NCBI RefSeq assembly: GCF_009914755.1
Contig: NC_060937.1
From: the human T2T-CHM13v2.0 reference genome, Homo sapiens
Direction: 5' to 3' (one strand)
Length of the DNA stretch: 64,000 bases
Below the pieces are notes generated by a model. The model saw only the letters and a list, made by a program, of their open reading frames with translations, did no database searches and had not been told where the DNA came from. Position 1 is the first letter of the stretch. The number at the start of each line of letters is the position of its first letter. Both the position numbers and the translations under genes were made by a program. Positions 18,661 through 31,640 of this stretch are shown piece after piece.

Positions 18661-20226
18661 TCCCTAAGGATATCACGTAGTATGACAAACAAAACAAAAC
18701 AAAAGCAAACAAAAAAACTAAGACCTTGGTTTGGTCATTGAGCAATGCCAATATTTAATGATCATATTAGTTTGCAATAAAGACATAGAAAAAATTGCCA
18801 GAGAACTAGATAAAAGCCTAAATGTGTCATGCTATGAAAAACCATGGAGAGAGCACTAGATTCTGCTCAAGTGTCTGATGAGTTCTTTAAAAATGTGAAT
18901 TGAACATAGCATAACCCCGTGCATCGGTGAACTTGGAAGTTTTTTGGTAGAATGGTGAACACAGAGACTGTTTTATAATATATATATTTTAAATAGGATG
19001 TGGACAAATACATGAGATTGTGTTGGAAAATTTCTTTTTAAAAAAGTGGAGAGAACACCATGTTTCAGGCCAGCTTAAAATAATCCAGTTTAGAGAGTGT
19101 AGGTGATTTTATGAGAGAGAAAAGGACAGTTGACGGTACCAAGAAAAAGTAGTAGACCCAATTCAGTGAAGATCCCAATGAAATTTAAAGGACTTTTAAA
19201 ACAGTATTTTTCATACTATACATTATAGAAGAAAACCATGTGTAAATTAATTATGTTGGACATAAAAAATACAGCTGATAAGGTCCAAAAAATCATGGGA
19301 AGGGGGGTTTATACAGATTAAAAAACAATTTATTAGACATGAATACAGAAAGAAATTGGCAGTCTAGGAAATTGAAAGGAATATGCATCTGCATATTATA
19401 ATTATTCAGGATTGTACCAGGACCTGAGATGGAAACAAAGACTATTAGCTAAGTGCCAATTGTGTTAACACATGAGCTGGAGCAAACTGCCTTTGCTAGA
19501 TGCTATGAATGAGATGAAGAGAAAGGATGGTATAGTCAAATGGTATGAGTCAATAACTAGTAATTTTCTATGTGTAATATATGTTGGTACTTTTAAGTAT
19601 ACATTCACACATACACACAATATATACATTGTAATTGAACCATAAGTGAATATTGGATATCTTAATATATATTGTATACAACAGCAAATGTACCAAGTTA
19701 GTAGTAGCTCTATTAAATAAATTTTGTAATTTTCACACTCTAATAGTATAAAATTATTGTTCATAAAAATTAATAAAAACCAGTCTTCAATAATTTAATG
19801 TGTATACAGCCATTATTATCTTATTAGTTATAACATATTTGTAATAAAGTTAAATAATAATGTGTTATGATAAAAATCTATCATTTACATTCTATTTTTG
19901 AGAAAATAATTTATCTCTACATGTAGTTACTTTGCTTGAAATATATTTAATTTAAAAGTATTGTTTAAACTTGATAAGAAAAGAACTTTTTATGCTAAGT
20001 AATTTTTAGTGAGATTTTATTGTTCAAAACTGACCTACTTATGACTCATGTTTTTATTTTTGGAATGTTTTCAATGAATCAAGACTACAATTATTTTTTA
20101 CTGTATCCTTATATTTTCTCCTTCTATTATTTTTTTTCCACCAACATATCCTGAAGTTATTACTGCAAGTGGGGAACTATCTTGAAGACTCAATGGATTG
20201 AAACTTTTTAGATTTTTCTTGCTTAA

Positions 20227-20602
20227 TGATATGATTTGGCTGTGTCCCCAACCAAATCTCATCTTGAATTGTAGTTCCCATTATCCCTATGTGTTGTGGG
20301 AGGGAACCAGTAGGAGGCAATTTAATCACAAGCACAGTTACCCTCATGCTGTTCTTGTAATAGTGAGTGAGTTCTCATGAGATCCGATGGTTTTATGAGG
20401 GGCCTTTACCTCTTTTGCTAGGCACTTCTCCTTGCTGCCTCCATGTGAAGAAGGTTGTGTTTGCTTCCACTTTTGCCATGATTTTAAGTTTTCTGAGGCC
20501 TAACCAGTGAGGCTGAACTGTGAGTCAATTAAACCTCTTTCCTTTATAAATTACCCAGTCTCAGGTATGTCTTTATTAGCAGCATGAGAATGGACTAATA
20601 CA
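20227..20602 (+). mobile_element. THE1 (THE1C-like) MaLR solo LTR
   Basis: 'tgatatgatttggctgtgtcccc...ggactaataca', full length. Confidence 0.92.
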
Positions 20603-20627
20603 CTTTTCTCCCAAATTATTTACAATA

Positions 20628-21220
20628 GATATACCATTTGACCCAGCCATCCCATTATTGGGTATATACCCAAAGGACTATAAATCATGCTGCTATAAAG
20701 ACATATGCACACATATGTTTATTGCGGCATTATTCACAATAGCAAAGACTTGGAACCAACCCAAATGTCCAACAATGATAGACTGGATTAAGAAAATGTG
20801 GCACATATACACCATGGAATACTATGCAGCCATAAAAAATGATGAGTTCATGTCCTTTGTAGGGACATGGATGAAATTGGAAATCATCATTCTCAGTAAA
20901 CTATTGCAAGAACAAAAAACCAAACACCGCATATTCTTACTCATAGGTGGGAATTGAACAATGAGAACACATGGACACAGGAAGGGGAACATCACACTCT
21001 GGGGACTGTTGTGGGGTGGGGGTAGGGGGGAGGGATAGCATTGGGAGATATACCTAATGCTAGATGACGAGTTAGTGGGTGCAGCGCACCAGCATGGCAC
21101 ATGTATACATATGTAACTAATCTGCACATTGTGCCCATGTACCCTAAAACTTAAAGTATAATAATAATAAATTAATTAATTTAAAAAAGAAAGATTTTGA
21201 AAACAAAAACAAAAACAAAC
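20628..21220 (+). mobile_element. 5'-truncated L1PA3/L1PA2-like fragment
   Basis: ORF2 C-terminus (...IGGN) plus 3'UTR and A-rich tail. 13-bp TSD acaatagatatac at 20622-20634 and 21221-21233. Confidence 0.93.
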
Positions 21221-21729
21221 ACAATAGATATACTTACAAAATAGGATCCCATTATTTTTACGCTCATCCAAATTCAACTATCAATTCTCAAGACAGTGTG
21301 TGATTAGAGTGTTTAAAGAATGTTATGCTGTTGTATGGTATGACTATGCAACAGGCTGCTTAATGAATTATTAATATTTTCAAAAATATTAATGCTTCAG
21401 TATTCAGCTGAATTCTTAATAGTGAAGGAGAAAATTGCATTTTGGATGTACTGATACATGTCTAGAGAACTTCAAGAGAAATTGGGGTTTTTTAGGGTAA
21501 TCCTGATTATGTGTAATTTTCAAGTAATGTACTAAATTTGCAATGTAAGCATCAAGCAATGAGGATTTCTATTATATTATTATCCAGACTTTACAAATTG
21601 AGAAAATAAGCATGAAAAAAAATCACATGAGTTTATACTAGGTATACACGTCTAGTAAACCGCAAAGTCAAAACATAAACATTTGCCTGATTTTTATCCC
21701 CATTAACTTAAATATTAATACTAAATATT

Positions 21730-21947
21730 TTTACCCACCTTATGTGTCAACCACAATCCTAGGCTCTACCCATGTTTACCACACCATTTCCTACAAACCA
21801 ACTTAAGTGGTAGTTATTACTGCATACCATTTAAGAATGAAAAAGGAAGGTAATGGTAACTGACTCAAAGTCACACAGTCATTAATGGATGGAGCAAAGA
21901 TTTGGACTCAGGAAACCTGTGAGTGCTTCTTCTTAATTACTGTGCTG
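21730..21947 (-). mobile_element. MIR SINE
   Basis: Core 'ggtaactgactcaaagtcacacagtcattaatggatggagcaaagatttggactcagg'. Confidence 0.7.
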
Positions 21948-23041
21948 CTCTTTGTCTCTCCACTTATGCTATATTGCCTTTCTCATCCTTTATTATAAGT
22001 CAGTTTCTCATTTCCTATTTCTCTTTAATGTCTTCCAAAAGGCTCTGTGAACCTTGCGATTTCTTGAAAACTCCATCAGAGCACATGTTCAATGAAACAG
22101 ATCACTTCTTTTCTTTATCCTAGTCCTAGTCTTGGAACATTTTTAAAGTAAAACATTATTGGGCACCAAGATATTTGCATCAGCTGAGTGTTTTCCTGCA
22201 TCTCTGTAATGCTTTACATAAAACAATACTAAAGAATGTGCAGATATGACACATATACTTTTAGTTAGTTTCCTTGGGAGATTCATCTTATTCTACCTCT
22301 CCCATACTCACACTCATTTTGGAGGAAGAAATGGGCACAGAAACAACTGGTGACAGCAAGGTGATGCATTTATTACTGCTTTTGATTAAGAACATATTAA
22401 CAATGCAGAAACCCAGTCATATCTCTCTTGCGTCGTGTTAGGCATGTTTAATGAACAGATGTCTCTAGGATATTCAGTAGTAATATTACAATTATTAAAA
22501 TTTTAGATATATTTCTTATAAGAACTTTTGAGTGTATGCATATTTTATTTATTTTGTAATTACATTAAAGTATTTATGTGGGGTATGTCCACATGAATCA
22601 GAATTGAACTAAGACAGTAACAGTCAAAATGTATTAATTGCATTTGTTTGCATGAGAGAGGTGAAAAAATAGTAGTGTTATGTTGGTATCTTTCAAGTCC
22701 ATCCATGGAAATTTTCCTAAGTATTTCATGAAAAATGAGATTATCATGCTTAATGCATTTTATTTTTTACAGTCACCCTTGTGATTCAGTCTGAGCTGGG
22801 CAAATCACATATGCTAGTGACAGCACAACAAATGCCTGCCTTTGCTTAGAATTCTGGTACACTGGTTTTTGCTCCTCTCTTCTTTTTTTCTTTTAATGTC
22901 CACTTTCTGCTAAGCCTGGTATAATGTGAGGGCTGGATACTCTTTCTTTGTTTGGTATTTTTATATACCATAGGGAGCCAGCTTAGGTATGAATATTATC
23001 ATGGACGGGTGCAGAGACCTAGAGACTAAGAACATTCCTGA

Positions 23042-23380
<339 letters not shown>

Positions 23381-23782
23381 TGAAATCTGCTCTTTTACAG
23401 TGACTGCCATATACTCTTTATAGTTAAATGGGTTTTTTTGTTTGTTTGTTTTTTATCTTTAGGCCATCAACAAACTCTTCCATATCCCTCACAGATGCTC
23501 TTTTATGCATTTAGTTTCAGAGAAAAACATAAGGGCTCTCTCTGACTTATTATGACTACATAAGTTATGCCGTTATTTCTACTTTTATGTTGGGCTAAGG
23601 AACAAGTCATTATATGAGATTCCCTCCTTCACTTCACTAAGAGAGTGAGGCACAGGCCCCTTCTACTTAATGATGAATATTTAACTTAAATGGAGTGCTG
23701 AAGTTTCTATTGTCTGTCTTTCTGTCTGCTTCTGTCTGTTTCTGGAGGTTTCTCTGCCTCTTTCTCTGAATTGGTCTCTCAG

Positions 23783-23786
23783 ACAC

Positions 23787-23831
<45 letters not shown>

Positions 23832-23876
23832 TGTTCTGGATTAGAAGCTTGATTTCCAGGGCCTTTCATCATACCT

Positions 23877-23929
<53 letters not shown>

Positions 23930-23981
23930 TGCTGTTCTGGATTAGAAGCTTCCATTTCCAGGGCCTTTCATCATACCTAAA
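23783..23981. repeat. Two-copy tandem duplication, each unit (CA)n plus a 53-bp unique segment
   Basis: 'ctgctgttctggattagaagctt...tttccagggcctttcatcatacctaaa' at 23828-23880 and 23929-23981. Confidence 0.92.
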
Positions 23982-25109
23982 TATAATATCTTCTCTGCTG
24001 TACAATTCCTCTTTTTCTAGCCCACTTTTCCTAAGTTTGGAAACATCAATCTAGTTTCTAAAATCCAGACAGACATTTAATTGTAATTCTTCTCACAATG
24101 TTCCTTTCTTAACACTAGCTCAATGATATAAAAATTTAAATCTAATAATTGCCCATCATTTTTCTTGGCTCCCACTATGACACTTCCATATAGGTAATGC
24201 CAGAACCCATGGATTAAAGCTGAAATGAGAAAAATCAGTAGATTTATGTAAAGTTCTGAAAAATCTACACCACAGTTAATTTTTCTAATATCATATGCCA
24301 CTTTCTCATTCCTTTGAGAAGGCTATGCTCTGACATTGCCAAATTCAAGTTCAATGTCCAATTATACCCACATAATTAGCAGACAAGTAGAGCGGTAGAG
24401 GGTAGGTCAGGCTAAAGTGTTAAAGAATTTTAAAATCTCACAATATTTTAGAGCTGTGGCAAGACCTGAACAACAGATGAATATGAAAATGAACTCAAAA
24501 ATCTATTAGAGTCAAGCAACTAGTTTTTTTTTCTAATTGGGTGGAGTGTTGCAGAAGTGTATCTCCCCAGGTAAAATAATTTAACAAGGGAATGTCCATA
24601 TAAGGCACCTAAAGAAGCATCTCAGAAGAACGCAGGTCTCAGGTCTAGAAGCAATGCCTAGATGTTGAAAAGAGGCACATAATAATGTACTGCTGTAAGT
24701 GAGACAGTTTGTTCTGAAAATTGCAGGTTATAGGATTTTCACTAGTCATTTTCAATACTGAATGGGGCCTTAAAAAGATGAAGAAGCCCACAAAATATGC
24801 ATTAGGTGTTCAGAATGATTTTCTTACTAGTATTACTCAGCAAGGGCATGGCACACATATTATTCTGGTGCATTTGTTAGAAAACCCACTTCAACTGGCT
24901 AAGAATAAAAGTAATGTACTAGCTCACGTAACTAAAAAGTTCAGAAGTAGAGAAGGCTACAAACTATTCAATAAGCTTTATCCAACCAACAGTGATATTG
25001 CCAGTTTTCCCATTTTTTTTACATCTCTCTTTCCTCTTTGCCTTTATGTTCAATTACAGCTATAGGATCCCTCATAACTGCCCATAAAGTGACGAGAGAT
25101 ATTTTCTTT

Positions 25110-26262
25110 CATTAAAACATTAATGAATAGCTATTATTAAAAAAAGAAGAGATAGTGTTGGGGAGGATGTGAACACTATTGGTGGGAATGTAACTTAGCA
25201 CAGTAGTCCCCCTTTCTTCTAAAAGGATAAATTTCAAGACCCCCAGTGCATCCCTAAAAACACAGATGCATATTATGTTAGTCCCAATACCTACGAATCC
25301 ATAATAAAGTTTAACTTAGGAATTAGGCATAATAAAAGATTAAGGGCAATAAATAATAAAATAGAACAATGATAACAATAAGCTATAATAAAAGCTATAT
25401 GCATATGGACTCTCACTGTCTCAAAATATATTACTGTCTGTAATACTTTTACACCATGGTTGACCATGGGTAACTGAAACCAAAAAAGTGGAATCATGAG
25501 TAAGAAAGAACTATTGTACAGCCATTATGGAAAACAATGGGGAAGCTCCTCAAATAATTAAAAGTAGAACTATCATATGACCCAGCAATCCCACTACTGG
25601 CTATATATTTCAACAAATCAGCATAGTGAAGAGATGTCTGCACTCATATGTTTATTGTAGAATCATTAATAATTACCAAGATATGGAATCAACCTAAGTG
25701 TCCATCAACAGATGAATGAAGAAAATGTGTTATATTTACACAAGGGAATACTATTCAGCCTTAAAAAAGAAGAAAATCCTCTCATTTGCAACAAGATGGG
25801 TGAACCTAGAGGGCATTATGTTAAGAAAAATAAACCATAGAGAGAAAGAAAAATATCTCACCTACATGTGGAATCTAAAAACAAAAAATCAAATTAGTAG
25901 ATGCAGAGAGTAGAATCGTGGTTACAAGCGGATATGGGATGGGGTGGGGAGGTTGGGATATTGGTCAAAGGATAAAAAATTTCAAATAGATAGAAAGAAT
26001 AGCTTCAAGAGTTCTACTGTACAACATGGTGACTATAGTTAATTATACATGCTATTATTGAAAACTGCTGAGAGTATATTATGTGTTCTCACCAAAAAAA
26101 AAAAAAAATGACAAACAAGTGAGGCAGTTCATAATGTTGATTAGCTCAAATTAGCACAATGTATACATATTTCCACAATGTATACATGTTTTGAAACTTC
26201 CTGTTGTACGTAAAAAAATATGTTGTACATAATCAATATATACTTTTTGTCTATTAAAAATA
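25110..26262 (+). mobile_element. L1MA-type 3' end
   Basis: 'tcatatgacccagcaatcccactactgg', 'ggaatcaacctaagtgtccatcaacagatgaatg', L1MA 3'UTR. Confidence 0.88.
25201..25516 (-). mobile_element. MER44A (Tigger7-family TcMar MITE) inserted in L1MA
   Basis: TIR 'cagtagtccccc' and degenerate right TIR followed by TA. Internal 'ccatggttgaccatgggtaactgaaacc'. Confidence 0.85.
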
Positions 26263-29200
26263 ATGGAGAGATGAGCTTATTTGCATACACATAACACTGT
26301 ACCTTTCACTGTGGACAGGAGAATTATGTGCACTGAAGATTTTAGTTAGATATGCTGTGCAGAGCTGAACCAATCACTATGGAAAATGAGATGAGATACC
26401 ATGTAAGTTTTATAGGCCAACCAGGGCCACACTTAATGCTGGGGACAGAGTCATACCCACCCATAGCTGAAGCATATTCATAAAGGAAAGAAATGAATTT
26501 TCAGAAACAAAAATCTCCATTTAAGATGTACAAATAAAAGCTCTTGTAAAGTACTTCTAATTTATACATATACATATGTAAATAACATAAATATTTTGAC
26601 AAGGATTATAACCATATGCTACCTAATTGTGCAAAGTCTAAAAAGCAGTTTTATTTTTTTCAATTTTGTAAGTTCAGTTCAGCATATATAGATATAAATA
26701 TATATGTATATGTATTATATGTGTAGTTAGGGAGATAATAATATGATTGATAGCAAAATTGCTTCTAGATATGTTAATATGAGTAATTCTTAAGAGTTAC
26801 TCTTAATCTTTGTCCTTTTTGATTTTATTCTTTGCCTTCTCAGAAAATATGCATAGGTAGCATTTGGTCATTTGGTTGGAGTAACAGGATTGCTGAATAG
26901 CCATGGAACTTTTGCTAAGCAGGTCTATGAGTGCCAGGTATTGATCTAGCAATGTCCTGGCTCAAATCCATTTTAATTTGCTTTTCCATTTTTATCTTCC
27001 TGCGGGGGGCTAGATTTCTGCCTACTATGCTAGAAAATAAACTCATTGCTAATTATAGTGCTTGTATTTCTCCATATAACTAGCAAGGGCAGCACTGACA
27101 TTGAATTTTATTATATAAAATAGTGTCCATATAGAAAATTAATGAGATTAAATTTTTTATACATGAGCCAAACATTTGTCATTTATCCCAACTCAAGGGA
27201 GGTAAGAAATAGCTATATTCTACCATTTATATGATAGCAAGTCAAGATGATCTTGGATAGCTATTTTATATTACGGCAAATACAATGTTTCATAAGCACA
27301 TTCTGGTGTTTAAATTGGAGTGAGAAAATATGCCATAAATATGGCACACACATTTTTACCATTTAAATTGAAAAAAAAGTAGCAGTATGTACAGTCCAGA
27401 ATTTTCTTCATTTCAAAGTTATTATGAAGCTATAAATAAATCCCAATATCCTTCAATATGTTAAACACAGTTGAGATCATTAAAATTTTGAGATTCATCA
27501 AATTTAGCATTGCCTCTGGATACTCCTATAATATATTACACAGTATATGTTGGCATTTTAAGGTTATTAGAGGAAAAATTAAAGCTCCCGCTGAATTTGA
27601 TTTACATCAGGCTCATTATTGCTTTAGCTATGTTCATATAAACTCTTAGAAACTGCAGTCAATGTACAAATTTCCCAAGATAGAATATTAATCAGTTATT
27701 AGATTGTCACAGATGTCAAGAGACAAAAATAAGACAGTTCATTTAAACCTCTACTAGCATTGTAATAGTGGTTATCTTCACACAAAAATATGTATAGCAC
27801 TCTGCTTGTAGATACCTTATTATTATTTTCAGCAGTATTATAGAATGCATAATGTAATGATCAGTTTAGAAAAGAATGTTACCTTTGAACATGACAGATT
27901 ACCTAGAGGTTAGAATAATAAAAATCATAAAACACAATTTACATTTATTTAGTGATCTGATTGTTGTCAAATATAAAAAGATATTTTATAAAATTTAATA
28001 AATGTCAAAATAAATTAAACATGTTACATAAAGTGAGGTGATTTTGATGAATCAAAACATTTTAACAGGGATTATAATCATGTGCTACCTAATGGTGCGA
28101 AGTCTAAAAAGCACTGTTTTAATTTTTAATTTTTTTTCAGTTTTGTTGGTATTTAGGAGAGGAAAGTAAAGCTTGTCTAGTTTACTTCATCATGGCTTTC
28201 TTTAATAGACTTACTGTACATAATGTGTGTGAGGCTTTCTTACAAAAACTGTCAAGAACGATTAGATACACATTATAAAAATATATTATTAAAACAAAAA
28301 CCTCAGAACTCCCAAATTAGTTTATGTCCATTCCTACCATGCAAACTAAAATATAACCAAATAAATCCCCTGTCAATTCAAACTCAAGACAATATGAACT
28401 ATTTTATTAACAATACTAACTTGTTACATAATTATTCATTTAAAAAAAATGGGGCTGGTCGCACCGGCTTCTAACAGTGTGAGAAGTAAACTCTGAAAAT
28501 CATTTTCAAAAATTCTGGATGTGTTCTTACTTCAGCATGCATGGATGTATGCATGTACGTAATTTATTTTTAACATCAGCTAGTGGTGGATTTTTTGAGG
28601 GGGATATACTTCAGTAACATAACTAACTAGCATCATGTGGGTACATAGGTTTTGTCATATTCCTAGAAACAAATGCCACAATCATTCTAGAAAATATAAA
28701 AATGCGTGTTTGTGAAAGTTTATTTGCGGCTGAATTCCTGGGAGTTGAATTACTCAGTAAACTGGGCACAAACATATTATCACACTTGTCAAATCTACCA
28801 AAAGTTTCTTTTCATTCCTAATTCCATTTGTGGTTATATAGAAATATCATATTTTATTTTAAATTTTATTTTTTACAGATTAAAAAAAGATGAGTATGTC
28901 TTTGAAAAAAGTTGAAATAATATCATATTTTATAAATTAATTAAAAGTGAAATTAAATTTGTGAAGTTTCCAGTAAAATGTACACAAAACATTTAGCAAA
29001 TATTTTACTTTAATTGTTTAACATTGAAAATTTTACAAAATTATATTTAAGAAAACTTTACTCCAATCAATTATTGAAAAAATAATGCAATTTTTTTGGA
29101 TTAAAGTATAGTGAATTGCACTGGACTAGTTATCAATATGAAATATTACTAATGTCCACCTTTGCATTTATTCAAAGCAGATACTATAAATCATACTTCG

Positions 29201-29576
29201 TGGCAGATTTCTTCAAATTAGCTCCTTGAAGAAAGCATCCTAATGCATTAAATATTCTGTATATGTTTGAAAGATAGATTTTTTTTTTCTCTTTTCAGAA
29301 GGAGTGTTAAGTCTGATATTGAAGAATCCAGTTTATCCAGGTCAGTGAAATCCAGAATGTTCTGTCTGGCATCATTAATTGTGGAGCTGAAGATGTGTAG
29401 ATTTCTAAATCTATAAACAGATGTGATATACAGGCTGTATACATGTTAGGGTCCCTGTACAAGGTTTTCCTTTCATGTCATTAAATAAAAATACTGGCAG
29501 CTTCTTCTTGTGTTTCTGAAATCATTTGGCATTCACAACTTTAATAATATGAACAAACTGATTTGTAGTATTGTTT

Positions 29577-29602
29577 TCTCTCTCTCTCTCTCTCACACAC
29601 AC

Positions 29603-29639
<37 letters not shown>
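29577..29639. repeat. (TC)n(CA)n microsatellite
   Basis: Direct inspection. Confidence 0.9.
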
Positions 29640-29641
<2 letters not shown>

Positions 29642-31099
29642 CAGAAGAGGTAGAGACAGAGAATCACTTCATTCCACTCTATTATTCTATTGGTCAGACA
29701 AATCTGGTCATGCTTTCCATGTAAGAATTGATATTATTTAGAACAAGAATAACATATTTTTTAATTTACTATAGTCCAAGAAACAAACACGTTTTACCCA
29801 GTTGTTTTAAACGTATGTGTTAATTCAAGTCTAGAAGGGGGCTCCTGGGTCTGTCCTAAGTCCCATTGTGATCACTTCAGCCAAGGCTTGCTTTGAATTC
29901 CTGAGGCTCCTTGCTCCTCAGATGAACAGGCGACACCACACTACAGCAGCATTAATTCTCCATGACACACTGAAATTTTGCCATTCGAGGATCAAGGTAA
30001 GCTTGCCTTTGTTTTGCATTGTGGTAATTTCAACTGCCAAAATTCGTCCCTCATTCAAATTGAGCTGAGCTGAACTCATCCCATTGTTAAGCAGATTTGT
30101 CCAATTATTTATTCCCAGATTAAGAACCAAGCTAGTCCTGTTTGTTTATTGTTATGCAAAACAGTCACACTTGTATACTAAAAAGGAGAAAATATTTATG
30201 TGGATATCACTTTTTAACATTTAGTATTATATTAATGTTCAGGTTTCTGTATGACAAATCAAGGTATGTTAGGTCCTCATTCTAGTCACATTTTAATATG
30301 TAGCCTGAACATGCGTATATTTGAGGTCTTGATTATAATACATAGTGAATCATTTCCAACTACTTTTACTTAGAGTTATTTTTGTAACAATTCCATTGGG
30401 TGCAAGGTGTCAGTAAAATTTTTAAATGTATCATTTAAAAATTATTGCACATTTTCTCTTTTCACTTTGATAATAATGTGCAATTCAAGAAGTTGGAACA
30501 TAAATTTGGAAAATATGGAAGAAAAAAATAATATAATGTACGGGAAGTCCTGTCCACTCACTCAGCTTGAGGTGACAATAAGGAGAAAATATATTTACTT
30601 TGGAGAGTGCTACAGAAAGCATTCATTCATACTTCCTGACGTTATTTCTAAAAATTATTAGTTCTCAGTACTGGGAGCACTCTAACTCACCAGATAGGGA
30701 CTCTCACATTCTTATAACTTGTTACCAGATTCAAGCTGTGGTAAGTAACCCTTTTATTCCTAGATGGCCTACAGAGAGGTTCTCTGGCTGATTTCAGATA
30801 TGATTTTTTTTCACAGTAAGAATGCTAGTAGAATAGGTGGGAGGAATATAATATAATAAAATTTTGTTCTCTTTTCCTCCCCTCTAGATATTTTCCAACT
30901 GGTGCAAGTTTTGTTGTCATGGCTAATAAAAATAAAGGCCAGACCTTCCTGTTCTTAGCCAATAAGGGGTCAAGATATTAAACTGAGACATAGTAGAAGT
31001 TTATGCTCAAATATCACCATATTCACGAGACTTGGCCTGATCCCCAAACTGCCACCACCACACTAAAATTAAAATAATTTCTCAAGAACTGTAGATCTC

Positions 31100-31330
31100 C
31101 TTTTTCATTATCTCTTTATCCATAGGAATTTTATATGCTATCATGGTACTTATTATTTTTGTTTGTTTGTCAATCTCCCTTCTAAATTATTACCTAATGA
31201 AAGACAGGAATTTTTTTGGTCTGTCTCTTTGTTTATTTGTTTGTTTTGTTCGCTGATATATTCCCAACATCTAGAAAGTGCCTCAAACATAATGGGTCCT
31301 TCAGAAATATTTGCCCAATAAAATACTGAA
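31100..31330 (+). mobile_element. L2 3' end
   Basis: 'ttgttcgctgatatattcccaacatctagaaagtgcctcaaacataatgggtccttcagaaatatttg'. Confidence 0.75.
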
Positions 31331-31424
31331 ATCTCTTTTGGCTGGAAAAACCTTTGATGTCTCGTTTTACATCTCTTCATTGAAAGGTCAGAGTTGAACA
31401 CTTTCATTCATCCAAAGAGAGAAG

Positions 31425-31640
31425 GGCTCCGGTGATAGAATGTGTAATTGGAAATGCAACCTCTAGGGGCGTGCTGGATCTTGGCTCTACTTACTGTGTG
31501 ATTTGGGGAAAATTGCTCAACATCTCTGTGCCTTATTTTCTTAATAGACATATTATCTCACATTGTAACTCAGTTATCAAGATAAAATGGGGTTCACACT
31601 TTAGATAAACAGCTTGTGGTGAGTTCAGTAATAAGAATGC
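31425..31640 (+). mobile_element. MIR SINE
   Basis: 'cttggctctacttactgtgtgatttggggaaaattgctcaacatctctgtgccttattttctt'. Confidence 0.7.

Larger units (their letters stand above)
24860..26520 (-). mobile_element. Old MLT1 (J/K-like) LTR split by the L1MA insertion (pieces ~24860-25110 and ~26265-26520)
   Basis: 'gaaaacccacttcaactggctaagaataaaagtaatgtactagctcacgtaactaaaaagttcaga' and 'gctgaaccaatcactatgg'. Confidence 0.5.

Noticed and set aside
23783-23981. Repeat-spacer-repeat pattern resembling CRISPR
   Set aside because: Only two units, the spacers are CA microsatellite, the DNA is primate, and there are no cas genes.
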